A DNA stretch of 64,000 nt, taken from NCBI GenBank assembly GCA_023395595.1, contig JAEWYO010000036.1, positions 1,852-65,851 of the forward strand. The letters are read 5' to 3'. The position numbers were made by a program, and so were the translations under genes. This DNA comes from Bacillota bacterium (GTDB lineage: Bacteria > Bacillota > Clostridia > Christensenellales > CAG-138). Below the pieces are notes generated by a model. That model saw nothing but the letters and a program-made list of their open reading frames with translations. It made no database searches and was not told the DNA's origin. Within the stretch, counting starts at the first letter, position 1; each line of letters opens with the position of its first letter. Below, piece by piece: positions 47,044 through 55,159 of the stretch.

Positions 47044-47072
47044 AAAGCCCGGGTGTTTGCCCGGGTTTTCTT
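47044..47072 (+). terminator. Rho-independent terminator after pfkA
   Basis: AAAGCCCGGG-tgtttg-CCCGGGTTTTCTT. Confidence 0.6.
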
Positions 47073-47106
47073 GCGCAAGTTTTTTGAAGATGAGAGAGGA
47101 ATAGCT

Positions 47107-47844
47107 ATGTTCTTTGATACGTATGGTTCGCCTGAAAACCCGACGCTGATTTTGCTGCACGGCGCAGCAGCGCTGGACACGTTTGCGCATCAATACGACC
47201 TGCTGGCTGAGCGTTTTTACGTACTGGTGCCACATCTGCCCGGCGCAGGCAAGGCCGCAGCGGAACTGTATGACCCGCAGGCGACCGCGGATGCGCTCGC
47301 GCAGTGGATCGAATCCCTCGCGGTCGGAACAGTGCGCGTGATGGGGCATTCCGTCGGCGCGGAGCTCGCGGTCAAGCTCGTGAGCGAGCATGAATCCCTC
47401 TTCTCCCGCGCCGTGTTTCTCAGCCCGTGGCTCTGCGCCAGCGAGCGCAGCGTCGTTCGCTTCACCAAACTTGCGCGGATGTCCTATGGCGCGATCAAGA
47501 ACGCTTCCCTGCTTCGCATGCAGGCGAAGTATTGGGGATTGACGCCGGAGCAAACGGAGACGATGGTTGCCTACAGCCCGCGCATCCCGTTGGAGACCTA
47601 TGTCGCGTTTTACGAACAGCGCATTCACCTAAGCAAGCTCTCCGGCTATGCGGGGGTGCAGATTCCGATGCTGGCGATGTGCGCGCACGGTGAGACAGCG
47701 GAGACAAAGCAGTCTGTCCGCGCGCTGGGTGAACAAAACACAAACTGCCTCACGGTTATCTTCCCGCAAGGCAGTCATGATTTTGTTTTGCGCAACTATG
47801 GCTTGCTCAACCCCATGTTGCTGGATTTTCTAACGGCGGAGTGA
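47107..47844 (+). CDS. Alpha/beta hydrolase
   Basis: LILLHGAAA and the nucleophile elbow GHSVGA are present. ATG 47107 follows GAGAGGA. Confidence 0.8.
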   Translation: MFFDTYGSPENPTLILLHGAAALDTFAHQYDLLAERFYVLVPHLPGAGKAAAELYDPQATADALAQWIESLAVGTVRVMGHSVGAELAVKLVSEHESLFSRAVFLSPWLCASERSVVRFTKLARMSYGAIKNASLLRMQAKYWGLTPEQTETMVAYSPRIPLETYVAFYEQRIHLSKLSGYAGVQIPMLAMCAHGETAETKQSVRALGEQNTNCLTVIFPQGSHDFVLRNYGLLNPMLLDFLTAE

Positions 47845-47847
47845 ACG

Positions 47848-48390
47848 CTATGCCTTTGCGCTCTTTCCCGGCCATGTGAGGATCAGCGCAAACGGAATCA
47901 CGTTGTTCTGCGTCAAGAAACCGCGCATGGTGTCGATATGCTGCTCTTTCCCCGCGTGCCCGTTGAGAAAGCGAAACTGCGCTTCTCCAGCCGCCGCAGG
48001 AGACAGGCTCTCGTCGGCATAAAATGTTACAAAATGAAAGCCGTCCTTGTGACAATACCAAATGATCCCCGCGCTTGTCCCTTCGGGCAGGCGCGCTTTT
48101 TTATTCCAGCGAAACTTCACCGGCATACGATAGCCGTGTTTCTTCAAATAGTATCGCAGCCGCAGGATGTCCGTACCCGTGAGCCCGCGGAAAACCGAAA
48201 AGCGGATCAGCTCGTCGGCGAGCGTTTTTTCGTCCACACTCAGCCCCATCCGCTTGAGAAAGTTGTATTCCGCAATCCAGCCGCAGCCGTTGATGTCGCT
48301 CGTAAACGCGCCGTAGCGAATATCCGTCACCCGCGCCTGATCGATGATATAGCCGTCTTTGGAATATGGTGTTCTGATTGGTTGATCCAT
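47848..48390 (-). CDS. Hypothetical protein, possibly a papain-like/C39-like cysteine peptidase fold
   Basis: The 180-aa product has an NGCGWIAEYNF motif and downstream His residues. The assignment is tentative. Confidence 0.4.
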   Translation of the reverse strand: MDQPIRTPYSKDGYIIDQARVTDIRYGAFTSDINGCGWIAEYNFLKRMGLSVDEKTLADELIRFSVFRGLTGTDILRLRYYLKKHGYRMPVKFRWNKKARLPEGTSAGIIWYCHKDGFHFVTFYADESLSPAAAGEAQFRFLNGHAGKEQHIDTMRGFLTQNNVIPFALILTWPGKSAKA

Positions 48391-48552
48391 GTGCTTTCAC
48401 CGCCTGTCTTTGCGCAGGCTGCCTGCGCCGTGTCAGTTGTCGATCCGGCTCGTTGCGCTGCTCCCGAAGAAATCGCCTCAAACCGATCGAACGATAGCAT
48501 CATTATAGCGGCTTACGCGCGATTTCACAATTCAAAAACGTTGCGCAAACGC

Positions 48553-48810
48553 TTACTTTGTCTCCAATTGCTGCGCGGCGGCGATTGCGCGGGTCAGCTG
48601 GTCAGCGCAGGAGGTTTTCTTATAGCCGCATGTGTTGCCGGAGAGCAGCGCGATCACCCGTTCCGCATCCATCCCTTCCACGAGCTTTGCAATCGCCTTG
48701 AGGTTTCCGTTGCAGCCCGCCGTGAAGACGAGGTTGTGAATTTTGCCCTGCGTCAGGTCAAACTCAATCTTATTTGGGCAAACGCCTTTCGGCGTAAATG
48801 AATGTCTCAT
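48553..48810 (-). CDS. TSCPD-domain small protein (TIGR03905-like)
   Basis: GVCPNKIEFDL..., AGCNGNLKAI and NTCGYKKTSCADQL carry the four Cys pattern typical of this family. The start overlaps the upstream stop (ATGA). Confidence 0.75.
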   Translation of the reverse strand: MRHSFTPKGVCPNKIEFDLTQGKIHNLVFTAGCNGNLKAIAKLVEGMDAERVIALLSGNTCGYKKTSCADQLTRAIAAAQQLETK

Positions 48811-50159
48811 GTGTGAGCGGGTTCCCCTTTTGTTGAATTTTCTTGTGTTAGATCTTTCTGCTGTGCTTGTGTGTCTGCGTCGTCTTCCGCCTCAATCACT
48901 TCCAGCGAGACCAGCGGGCCCGGTTCGCGCTTGGGCGGGTGCCAAGCCAGAATCCGCTTTGCCATCGGATGCTCGATCAGATACGTTGCCGCAATGGCAA
49001 GCGCAAACGTTGCCGCAAGGATCAGCGCGGTATACGTCCATTGCCAGACGGTATCGCCGGTCATATTCGGCGGCTGCTGCCCCCTCCAGCTCGGAATTCG
49101 CCATTCTTTGAATTGAACGGCAATCCATTGATGCCAGATGTAGACGTTATATGAAATCAGCGACAAAAAGCGCATAACCTTGTTGGAAAACAGCCAGCGG
49201 ATGCCGGAGAACGTCAGCGCGGCGGACACGGTGATCAGCGCAAACACCAGCGAGAGCGAGAAGCGGGTCTGCGCCTGCCAAAGTTGAATCAGCTTCGGCT
49301 CCGGCGTCGCCTGCATGATGCCAAACAGCAGCGCAAACCCCGCGACCAACCCGGCAAGCGCGAGCGCGGAGAGCTGCGGGCTGCGTTTGAGAAATTTCCC
49401 CGCCAGAACGAAGAGGAACGCAAACGCCATTCCGTTTGCAAACACGCCAAAGAATGCGGGCAGCTGGTTCACCGTCATGCGAATGTTTTCCGGATGCGCC
49501 AGCGCGAAGCCGCGCAGATACACCACGGATATGGCGAGCATGCCAAGATACGTCCAAACCGGTTTTTTCGCAAACGCCTTTGCCAGAAACGGAAAAAACA
49601 CATAGAACTGCATCTCGATGGCAGCCGTCCAGAGTACGCCGTTGATCTTGTTCGCCAGCAATGTATCCATAAAGAACGTCTGCGTAAACGTCAGCGTCGG
49701 CACCAAATCCCCCAGCGCATCCGAAACCGAGCGGTATGCATGCGACGGCACGGACACGAGAAAAAAGATCAGCAAAACAGCGACGAAATAGCTCGGCACG
49801 ATCCGCGCGACGCGTTTTTTATAAAACAGGCGTGTGTCCGGCAGCGGTTCTTTTTCCAGCGCTGCGCGCGCATACGGCAAAAACAGACAAAATGCAGAGA
49901 GAAACAGCAGCCAATCGACAAACAGAAAGCCGGAACGCGGGAGAAAAAACAGATTCAGCGTCTGCGGCAAGCCAATGCGCGAAAGAAACGGCAGATCGAT
50001 ATACGGCATGATCCAGTTTTGCTGCCAGAAATGGAACCAGAGCACGCCGAACACTGCCAGCGCGCGCACGCCATCGAGCACGTCGATGTGCTTTGTGTCA
50101 ATATTGGTCTGATCCACCGCGATGGTCTGACAAGTGATTGTGTCCGTGATTTTTTCCAT
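48807..50159 (-). CDS. Acyltransferase family 3 membrane protein (OatA/OafA-like)
   Basis: The DGVRALAVFGVLWFHFW motif is followed by about 10 TM helices. ATG 50159 was chosen over the longer ORF-track start. Confidence 0.8.
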   Translation of the reverse strand: MEKITDTITCQTIAVDQTNIDTKHIDVLDGVRALAVFGVLWFHFWQQNWIMPYIDLPFLSRIGLPQTLNLFFLPRSGFLFVDWLLFLSAFCLFLPYARAALEKEPLPDTRLFYKKRVARIVPSYFVAVLLIFFLVSVPSHAYRSVSDALGDLVPTLTFTQTFFMDTLLANKINGVLWTAAIEMQFYVFFPFLAKAFAKKPVWTYLGMLAISVVYLRGFALAHPENIRMTVNQLPAFFGVFANGMAFAFLFVLAGKFLKRSPQLSALALAGLVAGFALLFGIMQATPEPKLIQLWQAQTRFSLSLVFALITVSAALTFSGIRWLFSNKVMRFLSLISYNVYIWHQWIAVQFKEWRIPSWRGQQPPNMTGDTVWQWTYTALILAATFALAIAATYLIEHPMAKRILAWHPPKREPGPLVSLEVIEAEDDADTQAQQKDLTQENSTKGEPAHT

Positions 50160-50254
50160 GCGGATAGTGTACCACAACGGTATTTTGCGAAAAAGATGGG
50201 TTTTTGTTGTATTTGATCCGCGTTTTTCTACGATGTGTTGTGAAAAAACGCGTT

Positions 50255-50369
50255 GCGTACAAATCAATTCGCAAAAATACGTTTACTCGTCTTCAGTCTC
50301 TCTGTTGCGTATGATTTGCGTACAAATGAATTCACTAAAATACGGTTGTCCGTCTTCTTTCTCTCTGCT
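50255..50369. repeat. 63-bp tandem direct repeat, two imperfect copies
   Basis: gcgtacaaatcaattcgcaaaaatacgtttactcgtcttcagtctctctg (from 50255) matches gcgtacaaatgaattcactaaaatacggttgtccgtcttctttctctctg (from 50318). Confidence 0.75.
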
Positions 50370-50452
50370 GCGTGTATTATAATAGAAAAAACATGTTTCC
50401 GGCGTGGAGTAAAACGCGCGGTGAACGCATGGATTACGGGAGGTTTGTCTGC

Positions 50453-51496
50453 ATGAGCGTTTCAGTTTCCGAGTTTGGTCACCTGCCCTCCGGCGAGGCG
50501 GTGCTTCGCTATACCATCACCAACAAGCACGGCGCAAGCGCCAGCTTCCTCAACTATGGTGCGACCTGGCAGAGCATGTTTGTGCCCAACCGTAAAGGCG
50601 AGCTCGTCGATGTCGTGCTGGGTTACGACACGATTGAGGATTATCAGAAGAACTTCATGTTTCTCGGTGCAACCATCGGGCGCGTGGCAAATCGCATCAA
50701 GGATGCGCGCTTTACCCTAAACGGCGTGGAATACAAGCTCGCCGCAAACAACGGCAATGCCTGTTTGCACGGCGGCGTGGTCGGTTTCGATAAGAAGATT
50801 TGGCAGGCGCAAATTGACGGAGACTCCGTCTTCTTCTCGCTCACCAGCCCGGATGGCGAAGAAGGCTTCCCCGGGGCGCTCTCCGTCGTAGTCATCTACA
50901 CGCTGGACGAGGAAAACGCGCTCTCGATCCAATATCTGATCAACAGCGACCAGGACACGATCCAGAACATGACCAACCACGCATATTTCAACCTTGCGGG
51001 TCAGGGTCAGCGGGATATCCTCGGTCAGTTGCTCCAAATCGACGCGGACAAGTTCACCCGCATCGATCACGATGTTTTGCCGACCGGCGAAATCGTGCCC
51101 GTGTTCGGCACGCCGCTGGACTTCACCAAAGCGAAGCCCATTGGGCGCGACATCAAAGCCAAGGCGGAGCAGGTCGATGTTCTGGGCGGCTATGACCACA
51201 ACTTTGTACTCAAGCACAGATCGGGCGGCGTGGAGAAAATCGCAACGGTGGTTGATCCCGTCGGCGGCGTGGCGATGGACGTATACACCGATCAGCCGGG
51301 TATCCAGCTCTTTACTCCGCCGGATTTTTCCTATATGACCGGCAAGGGCGGCGTGCAATATGGCGCGCGTCCTTCCTTCTGCCTCGAAACGCAGCATTTC
51401 GCAGACGCGATGAACCACGAAAATTTCCCAAGCATCGTTCTGCACGCAGGCGAGGTGTTTTCCTCCGAAACCATCTATCGCTTCCGGGTGGAATAA
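50453..51496 (+). CDS. galM: Aldose 1-epimerase (galactose mutarotase)
   Basis: GGGAGG RBS 9 nt upstream. Mutarotase motifs are present (GATIGRVANRI, NNGNACLHGG, TNHAYFNL). Confidence 0.85.
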   Translation: MSVSVSEFGHLPSGEAVLRYTITNKHGASASFLNYGATWQSMFVPNRKGELVDVVLGYDTIEDYQKNFMFLGATIGRVANRIKDARFTLNGVEYKLAANNGNACLHGGVVGFDKKIWQAQIDGDSVFFSLTSPDGEEGFPGALSVVVIYTLDEENALSIQYLINSDQDTIQNMTNHAYFNLAGQGQRDILGQLLQIDADKFTRIDHDVLPTGEIVPVFGTPLDFTKAKPIGRDIKAKAEQVDVLGGYDHNFVLKHRSGGVEKIATVVDPVGGVAMDVYTDQPGIQLFTPPDFSYMTGKGGVQYGARPSFCLETQHFADAMNHENFPSIVLHAGEVFSSETIYRFRVE

Positions 51497-51510
51497 AAAA
51501 TACGTGTAGC

Positions 51511-51541
51511 AAAAATCCGCCTTTCACGGGCGGATTTTTTG
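51511..51541. terminator. Bidirectional rho-independent terminator
   Basis: AAAAATCCGCC-tttcacg-GGCGGATTTTTT. Confidence 0.75.
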
Positions 51542-51584
51542 ATTGCATGTAAACGTTTTCCCCAACGGCGGGTAGAAAACACGA

Positions 51585-51860
51585 TCAGTCCACTTCCTCA
51601 TCCGGAAGGGAATCCGCGCCGTCGAACACGCGGCTGAGCCCGTTGCAGCCCGGCTCATAGTCCATGTGGCGCTCGTGCTCATATTCGCGCACATCCGCGT
51701 TGAGCCGCAGATCAAACGGCATGCCGTTGCTGCGAACCGAGGCACGCAAAAATACCGTCAGCGCGGTGGACAGATTCATCCCCAGTTCGGCATACACTGC
51801 TTCCGCTTTGCGCTTGAGTTCGGAATCGACACGAATGTTGATGTTGACCGACTTCGACAT
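51585..51860 (-). CDS. RelB/DinJ family antitoxin-like protein (no adjacent toxin gene)
   Basis: The N-terminus is a ribbon-helix-helix (NINIRVDSELKRKAEAVYAELGMNLSTALTVFLRASV). GAGGT RBS. Confidence 0.75.
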   Translation of the reverse strand: MSKSVNINIRVDSELKRKAEAVYAELGMNLSTALTVFLRASVRSNGMPFDLRLNADVREYEHERHMDYEPGCNGLSRVFDGADSLPDEEVD

Positions 51861-51930
51861 TGCAAATACCTCGTTTCAAAACAAAGATACCATATCGAAA
51901 AGAGGTCTGCAACAGGGAAAGTTTTTCGTG

Positions 51931-51950
51931 TTACAATGTGATTACAATGT
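51931..51950 (-). promoter_or_regulatory. Direct repeat TTACAATGT x2 upstream of the antitoxin gene (candidate operator)
   Basis: ttacaatgt-ga-ttacaatgt lies about 75 nt upstream of the start codon. Confidence 0.35.
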
Positions 51951-52006
51951 AAATCATTTGCCGTAAATCAGCTATTTCTGAGTTATCAACTCTCGAAGCA
52001 GCGCTG

Positions 52007-53233
52007 CTAGACGATCTGAAACAGATAAAACTTCAGATAATCCGTTTCGGGCACATGCATGAGCGTCGGATGATCCGGCGACTGCCTGCGCGCTTCGATG
52101 AGCTTGAGGGCAACGCCCGCATCCCGCGCGGCGGAGAGCAGCATCTTCTCAAACAGCTCGCTGGGCATAAAATGAGAGCATGAGCACGTCGCCAAATACC
52201 CCCCACGCGGCAGCAGCTTCATCGCGTTGTAGTTGATGGTCTTGTATCCCCGCTCCGCACCCGCGATGGTTTTCCGGCTCTTTGTAAACGCCGGCGGATC
52301 GAGAATGATCATATCGTATATATCATGCTTCTCCATGAGCTGCGGCAGCAGGTCAAACACATCTGCGCAGACAAAATCCATCTTCGCCGTGAGTTCGTTC
52401 TTCTCCGCGTTCGCGCGGGCAAGCTCCACCGCCGCCGCAGACACATCCACGGCGGTGACATGCGCCGCACCCGCCTTTGCGGCGTTGAGCGCAAACGAGC
52501 CCGTATGCGTGAAGCAGTCTAACACGCGCTTTCCGCGCGCGATCTTTGCCGCGGCGAGGCGGTTGTATTTCTGGTCGAGGAAGAACCCCGTCTTTTGCCC
52601 GTTTTCGACATCCACATCGTAGCGAATGCCGTTTTCAACGATCTCGATGCGCGGGCTCGGCGGTTCCGGCAGAAAGCCCGCGCGATACCAGCCCTTCTCC
52701 AGTTTGAGGCCCTCAAGTTCGCGGATGCCGACCTCATTTCGCTCGAATATGCCGCGCACCTCGATTCCGTCTTCCTTGAGCAGAGAAACCAGCAGACGAT
52801 AAAGCATGTCCTTGATGCGCTCTATGCCCACGGAGAGCACCTGGCTCACCAGCACATCGTGATAGCAATCGATGGTCAAGCCAGGCAGTCCGTCCGCCTC
52901 GCCGAAGATCAGCCGGCAGCAACCGTAGTCCTCGCCCATCGCGGTCTTGCGATAGTCCAGCGCATAGCGCAGCCTGCGCGAGAAGAATGCTTCGTCGAAC
53001 TTCTCGTTTGCGTTGCTGGAGAGCAGGCGCAGGCGGATCTTGCTTTGCTTGCTCAGAAAGCCCGTGCCCAGATATGCGCCTTTTTCGGAAAACGCGTCCA
53101 CGAGCGTGCCGTTTTCAATCGCGTCTGTGTTGCCGGACACCTCCGTGTCGTACACCCAGGGATGCCCCGCCTTCACGGAGCCTTCCGCCCGTTTGGATAT
53201 GGTCAGCCGCGCAAACGCGCGTTCTTGTTTCAT
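52007..53233 (-). CDS. Class I SAM-dependent rRNA (cytosine-C5) methyltransferase, RlmI-like (PUA + MTase)
   Basis: PUA-like N-terminus (GHPWVY). SAM motif VLDCFTHTGSFALNAA, plus ILDPPAF. Confidence 0.85.
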   Translation of the reverse strand: MKQERAFARLTISKRAEGSVKAGHPWVYDTEVSGNTDAIENGTLVDAFSEKGAYLGTGFLSKQSKIRLRLLSSNANEKFDEAFFSRRLRYALDYRKTAMGEDYGCCRLIFGEADGLPGLTIDCYHDVLVSQVLSVGIERIKDMLYRLLVSLLKEDGIEVRGIFERNEVGIRELEGLKLEKGWYRAGFLPEPPSPRIEIVENGIRYDVDVENGQKTGFFLDQKYNRLAAAKIARGKRVLDCFTHTGSFALNAAKAGAAHVTAVDVSAAAVELARANAEKNELTAKMDFVCADVFDLLPQLMEKHDIYDMIILDPPAFTKSRKTIAGAERGYKTINYNAMKLLPRGGYLATCSCSHFMPSELFEKMLLSAARDAGVALKLIEARRQSPDHPTLMHVPETDYLKFYLFQIV

Positions 53234-53383
53234 ATGCGTTCTCTTTTCTCTCTTGCCGTATTTGATTATTTGTGAAGTATGTTTTTTTGCGCCAGATCGA
53301 ACGAATTTATGCGTTCTCTTCTCTTAATGCCGTATTTGATTATTGGCGAAGTATGTTTTTCGCGTTTGATCGAACGAATCGGT
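53234..53383. repeat. 75-bp tandem duplication abutting the start codon of the methyltransferase gene
   Basis: Units start at 53234 and 53309 (atgcgttctctt..gccgtatttgattatt..gaagtatgttttt..gatcgaacgaat). Similarity is high by eye. Confidence 0.8.
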
Positions 53384-53413
53384 TTTACTTTTTGCAGCCG
53401 ATCGCCTGTGCTC

Positions 53414-53728
53414 TTAGCCCTGCGCTTTGCTCGTGTTGGTCAGGAGTTTTTTGAGCCCCAGGAAAATCAGCGAGGACGTAAAGACATTCAGCGCGCCCGC
53501 GAACGCGGCAACCATCAGCACAAACTGGCCCGTATAATCTTCAAACCAGGAAAAAAAGTAATCGCTTAGCGTGTCCGGCCCAATCTCCACGAAGATCACG
53601 ATGCTGGTAATCACCAGCAGCAGTACACCAATCGTCAAGCAGATCTTCGCAATCATCAAAAATACCTTACCGGTTTTTTCAAGCAGGTCTTCAACGACAA
53701 TTTCTCTGGTCTCAATCTTCTGTTCCAT
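53414..53728 (-). CDS. Small membrane protein, hypothetical
   Basis: Two clear hydrophobic helices. GGAGA lies 6 nt upstream of ATG 53728. Confidence 0.45.
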   Translation of the reverse strand: MEQKIETREIVVEDLLEKTGKVFLMIAKICLTIGVLLLVITSIVIFVEIGPDTLSDYFFSWFEDYTGQFVLMVAAFAGALNVFTSSLIFLGLKKLLTNTSKAQG

Positions 53729-54095
53729 ATGCATTCTCCTATTCTTTCATTCGCTTCCAGTCGCGCTATGCGCGCTTCCTGATTTTGATGTTTTCTCTTC
53801 GCTGATTATATGCGATTTGAACGCCGAAAAGCAACAAACAAGGGTAGATCATCTCAAGTCATACTCTTCGTCCAATATTCGTAAAAATCATCTTACTTGT
53901 GCCGCACTTTTTTATTTTTAAGCTTTCCCTATTGCTTATTTGGGGCTATAATGGTAACGAACTCAAGGAAAGGAGTGTGATTGGACGGTGGATACCGTTC
54001 CCGAACGAAGTACATACATTCGAAAAACAGAAGCGCGCGTTCGGGAAGCTTCGCTTTCTTGCCGCGCGCGGTAAAGCGAAAGGAGTAACACTGCC

Positions 54096-55037
54096 ATGAA
54101 GAAGATCTTCAAAACCTTCGAGGCAGAGATGCGGCAGATTACCGAGCCCGAAAAGGACTGCTGGATCTCGCTCGTCAAACCGACGGAGAAGGAACTTGCC
54201 GAGGTAGCGGAACAGTATTGCATCGAGCCGGACGACCTCAGGGCCGCGCTGGACGAAGAAGAACGTTCCCGCATCGAGCTGGAAGACAACTACACACTCA
54301 TTCTCGTAGACATCCCCGCCGTGGAAAAAAGCAAGGGCAAGGACATCTACACCACGGAGCCTCTGGGCATTATCCTCGCAAAGGACGCAATCATCACCGT
54401 CTGTCTCGAAGAAACACCCGTGCTCTACGCCCTCAAGCAAAAGCACGCAAACGAACTGCGCACGCATATGCGCACACGATTCGTTCTGCAAATCCTCTAT
54501 CGCAACGCCTCGCTCTATCTGCAATATCTGCGCGTGATCAACAAACTCAGCGACAAGATTGAGCAGAAGCTGCATGGTTCCACCGAGAACCGCGAGCTTA
54601 TCGAGCTGCTGGAACTCGAAAAGAGCCTTGTCTACTTCACCACGTCCCTGCGCTCCAACGAGGTTGTGCTCGAAAAGCTCCTCAAGAGCGACCGTGTGAA
54701 GAAGTATCCGGAGGATGAAGACCTGCTGGAAGACGTCATCGTTGAAAACCGCCAGGCAATCGAGATGGCGAATATCTACAGCGGCATCCTGAGCGGCATG
54801 ATGGACGCATTTGCCTCCGTCATCTCCAACAACCTCAACATCGTGATGAAATTCCTCGCGGTGATGACGATTGTGCTCTCGGTTCCGACGATTATCTTCG
54901 CGGCCTATGGCATGAACGTAGCCCCAGAAGGTATGCCGTTTGCGAACAGCCCGTTCGGATTTTTGATCATCGTGCTGCTTTCGTTTGTGGTGTCCATCGC
55001 CGTCGCCGTCTATTTCTTCAAAAAGAAAATGTTCTGA
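54096..55037 (+). CDS. corA: CorA family magnesium/cobalt transporter
   Basis: AGGAG RBS. A YGMN motif is present (AAYGMNV), with two C-terminal TM helices. Confidence 0.9.
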   Translation: MKKIFKTFEAEMRQITEPEKDCWISLVKPTEKELAEVAEQYCIEPDDLRAALDEEERSRIELEDNYTLILVDIPAVEKSKGKDIYTTEPLGIILAKDAIITVCLEETPVLYALKQKHANELRTHMRTRFVLQILYRNASLYLQYLRVINKLSDKIEQKLHGSTENRELIELLELEKSLVYFTTSLRSNEVVLEKLLKSDRVKKYPEDEDLLEDVIVENRQAIEMANIYSGILSGMMDAFASVISNNLNIVMKFLAVMTIVLSVPTIIFAAYGMNVAPEGMPFANSPFGFLIIVLLSFVVSIAVAVYFFKKKMF

Positions 55038-55071
55038 TCACCCCCGGCGCACAGTTGCCAGCAACCGTATA

Positions 55072-55122
55072 AAAAAAAGTAAAACGCCTACGGCATTGCG
55101 CCGCTAGGTTTTTTACTTTTTT
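55072..55122. terminator. Hairpin flanked by A and T tracts between convergent genes
   Basis: AAAAGTAAAACGCCTACGGC...GCCGCTAGGTTTTTTACTTTTT. Confidence 0.5.
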
Positions 55123-55159
55123 GGGTTTTATGTATGCTGCTTTTGTGTTGATTGCGCGG

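Noticed and set aside
53954-54095. The corA leader considered as an M-box (ykoK) riboswitch.
   Set aside because: The leader is shorter than a typical M-box, and I could not find the conserved M-box core sequences. It is kept only as an unclassified structured leader.
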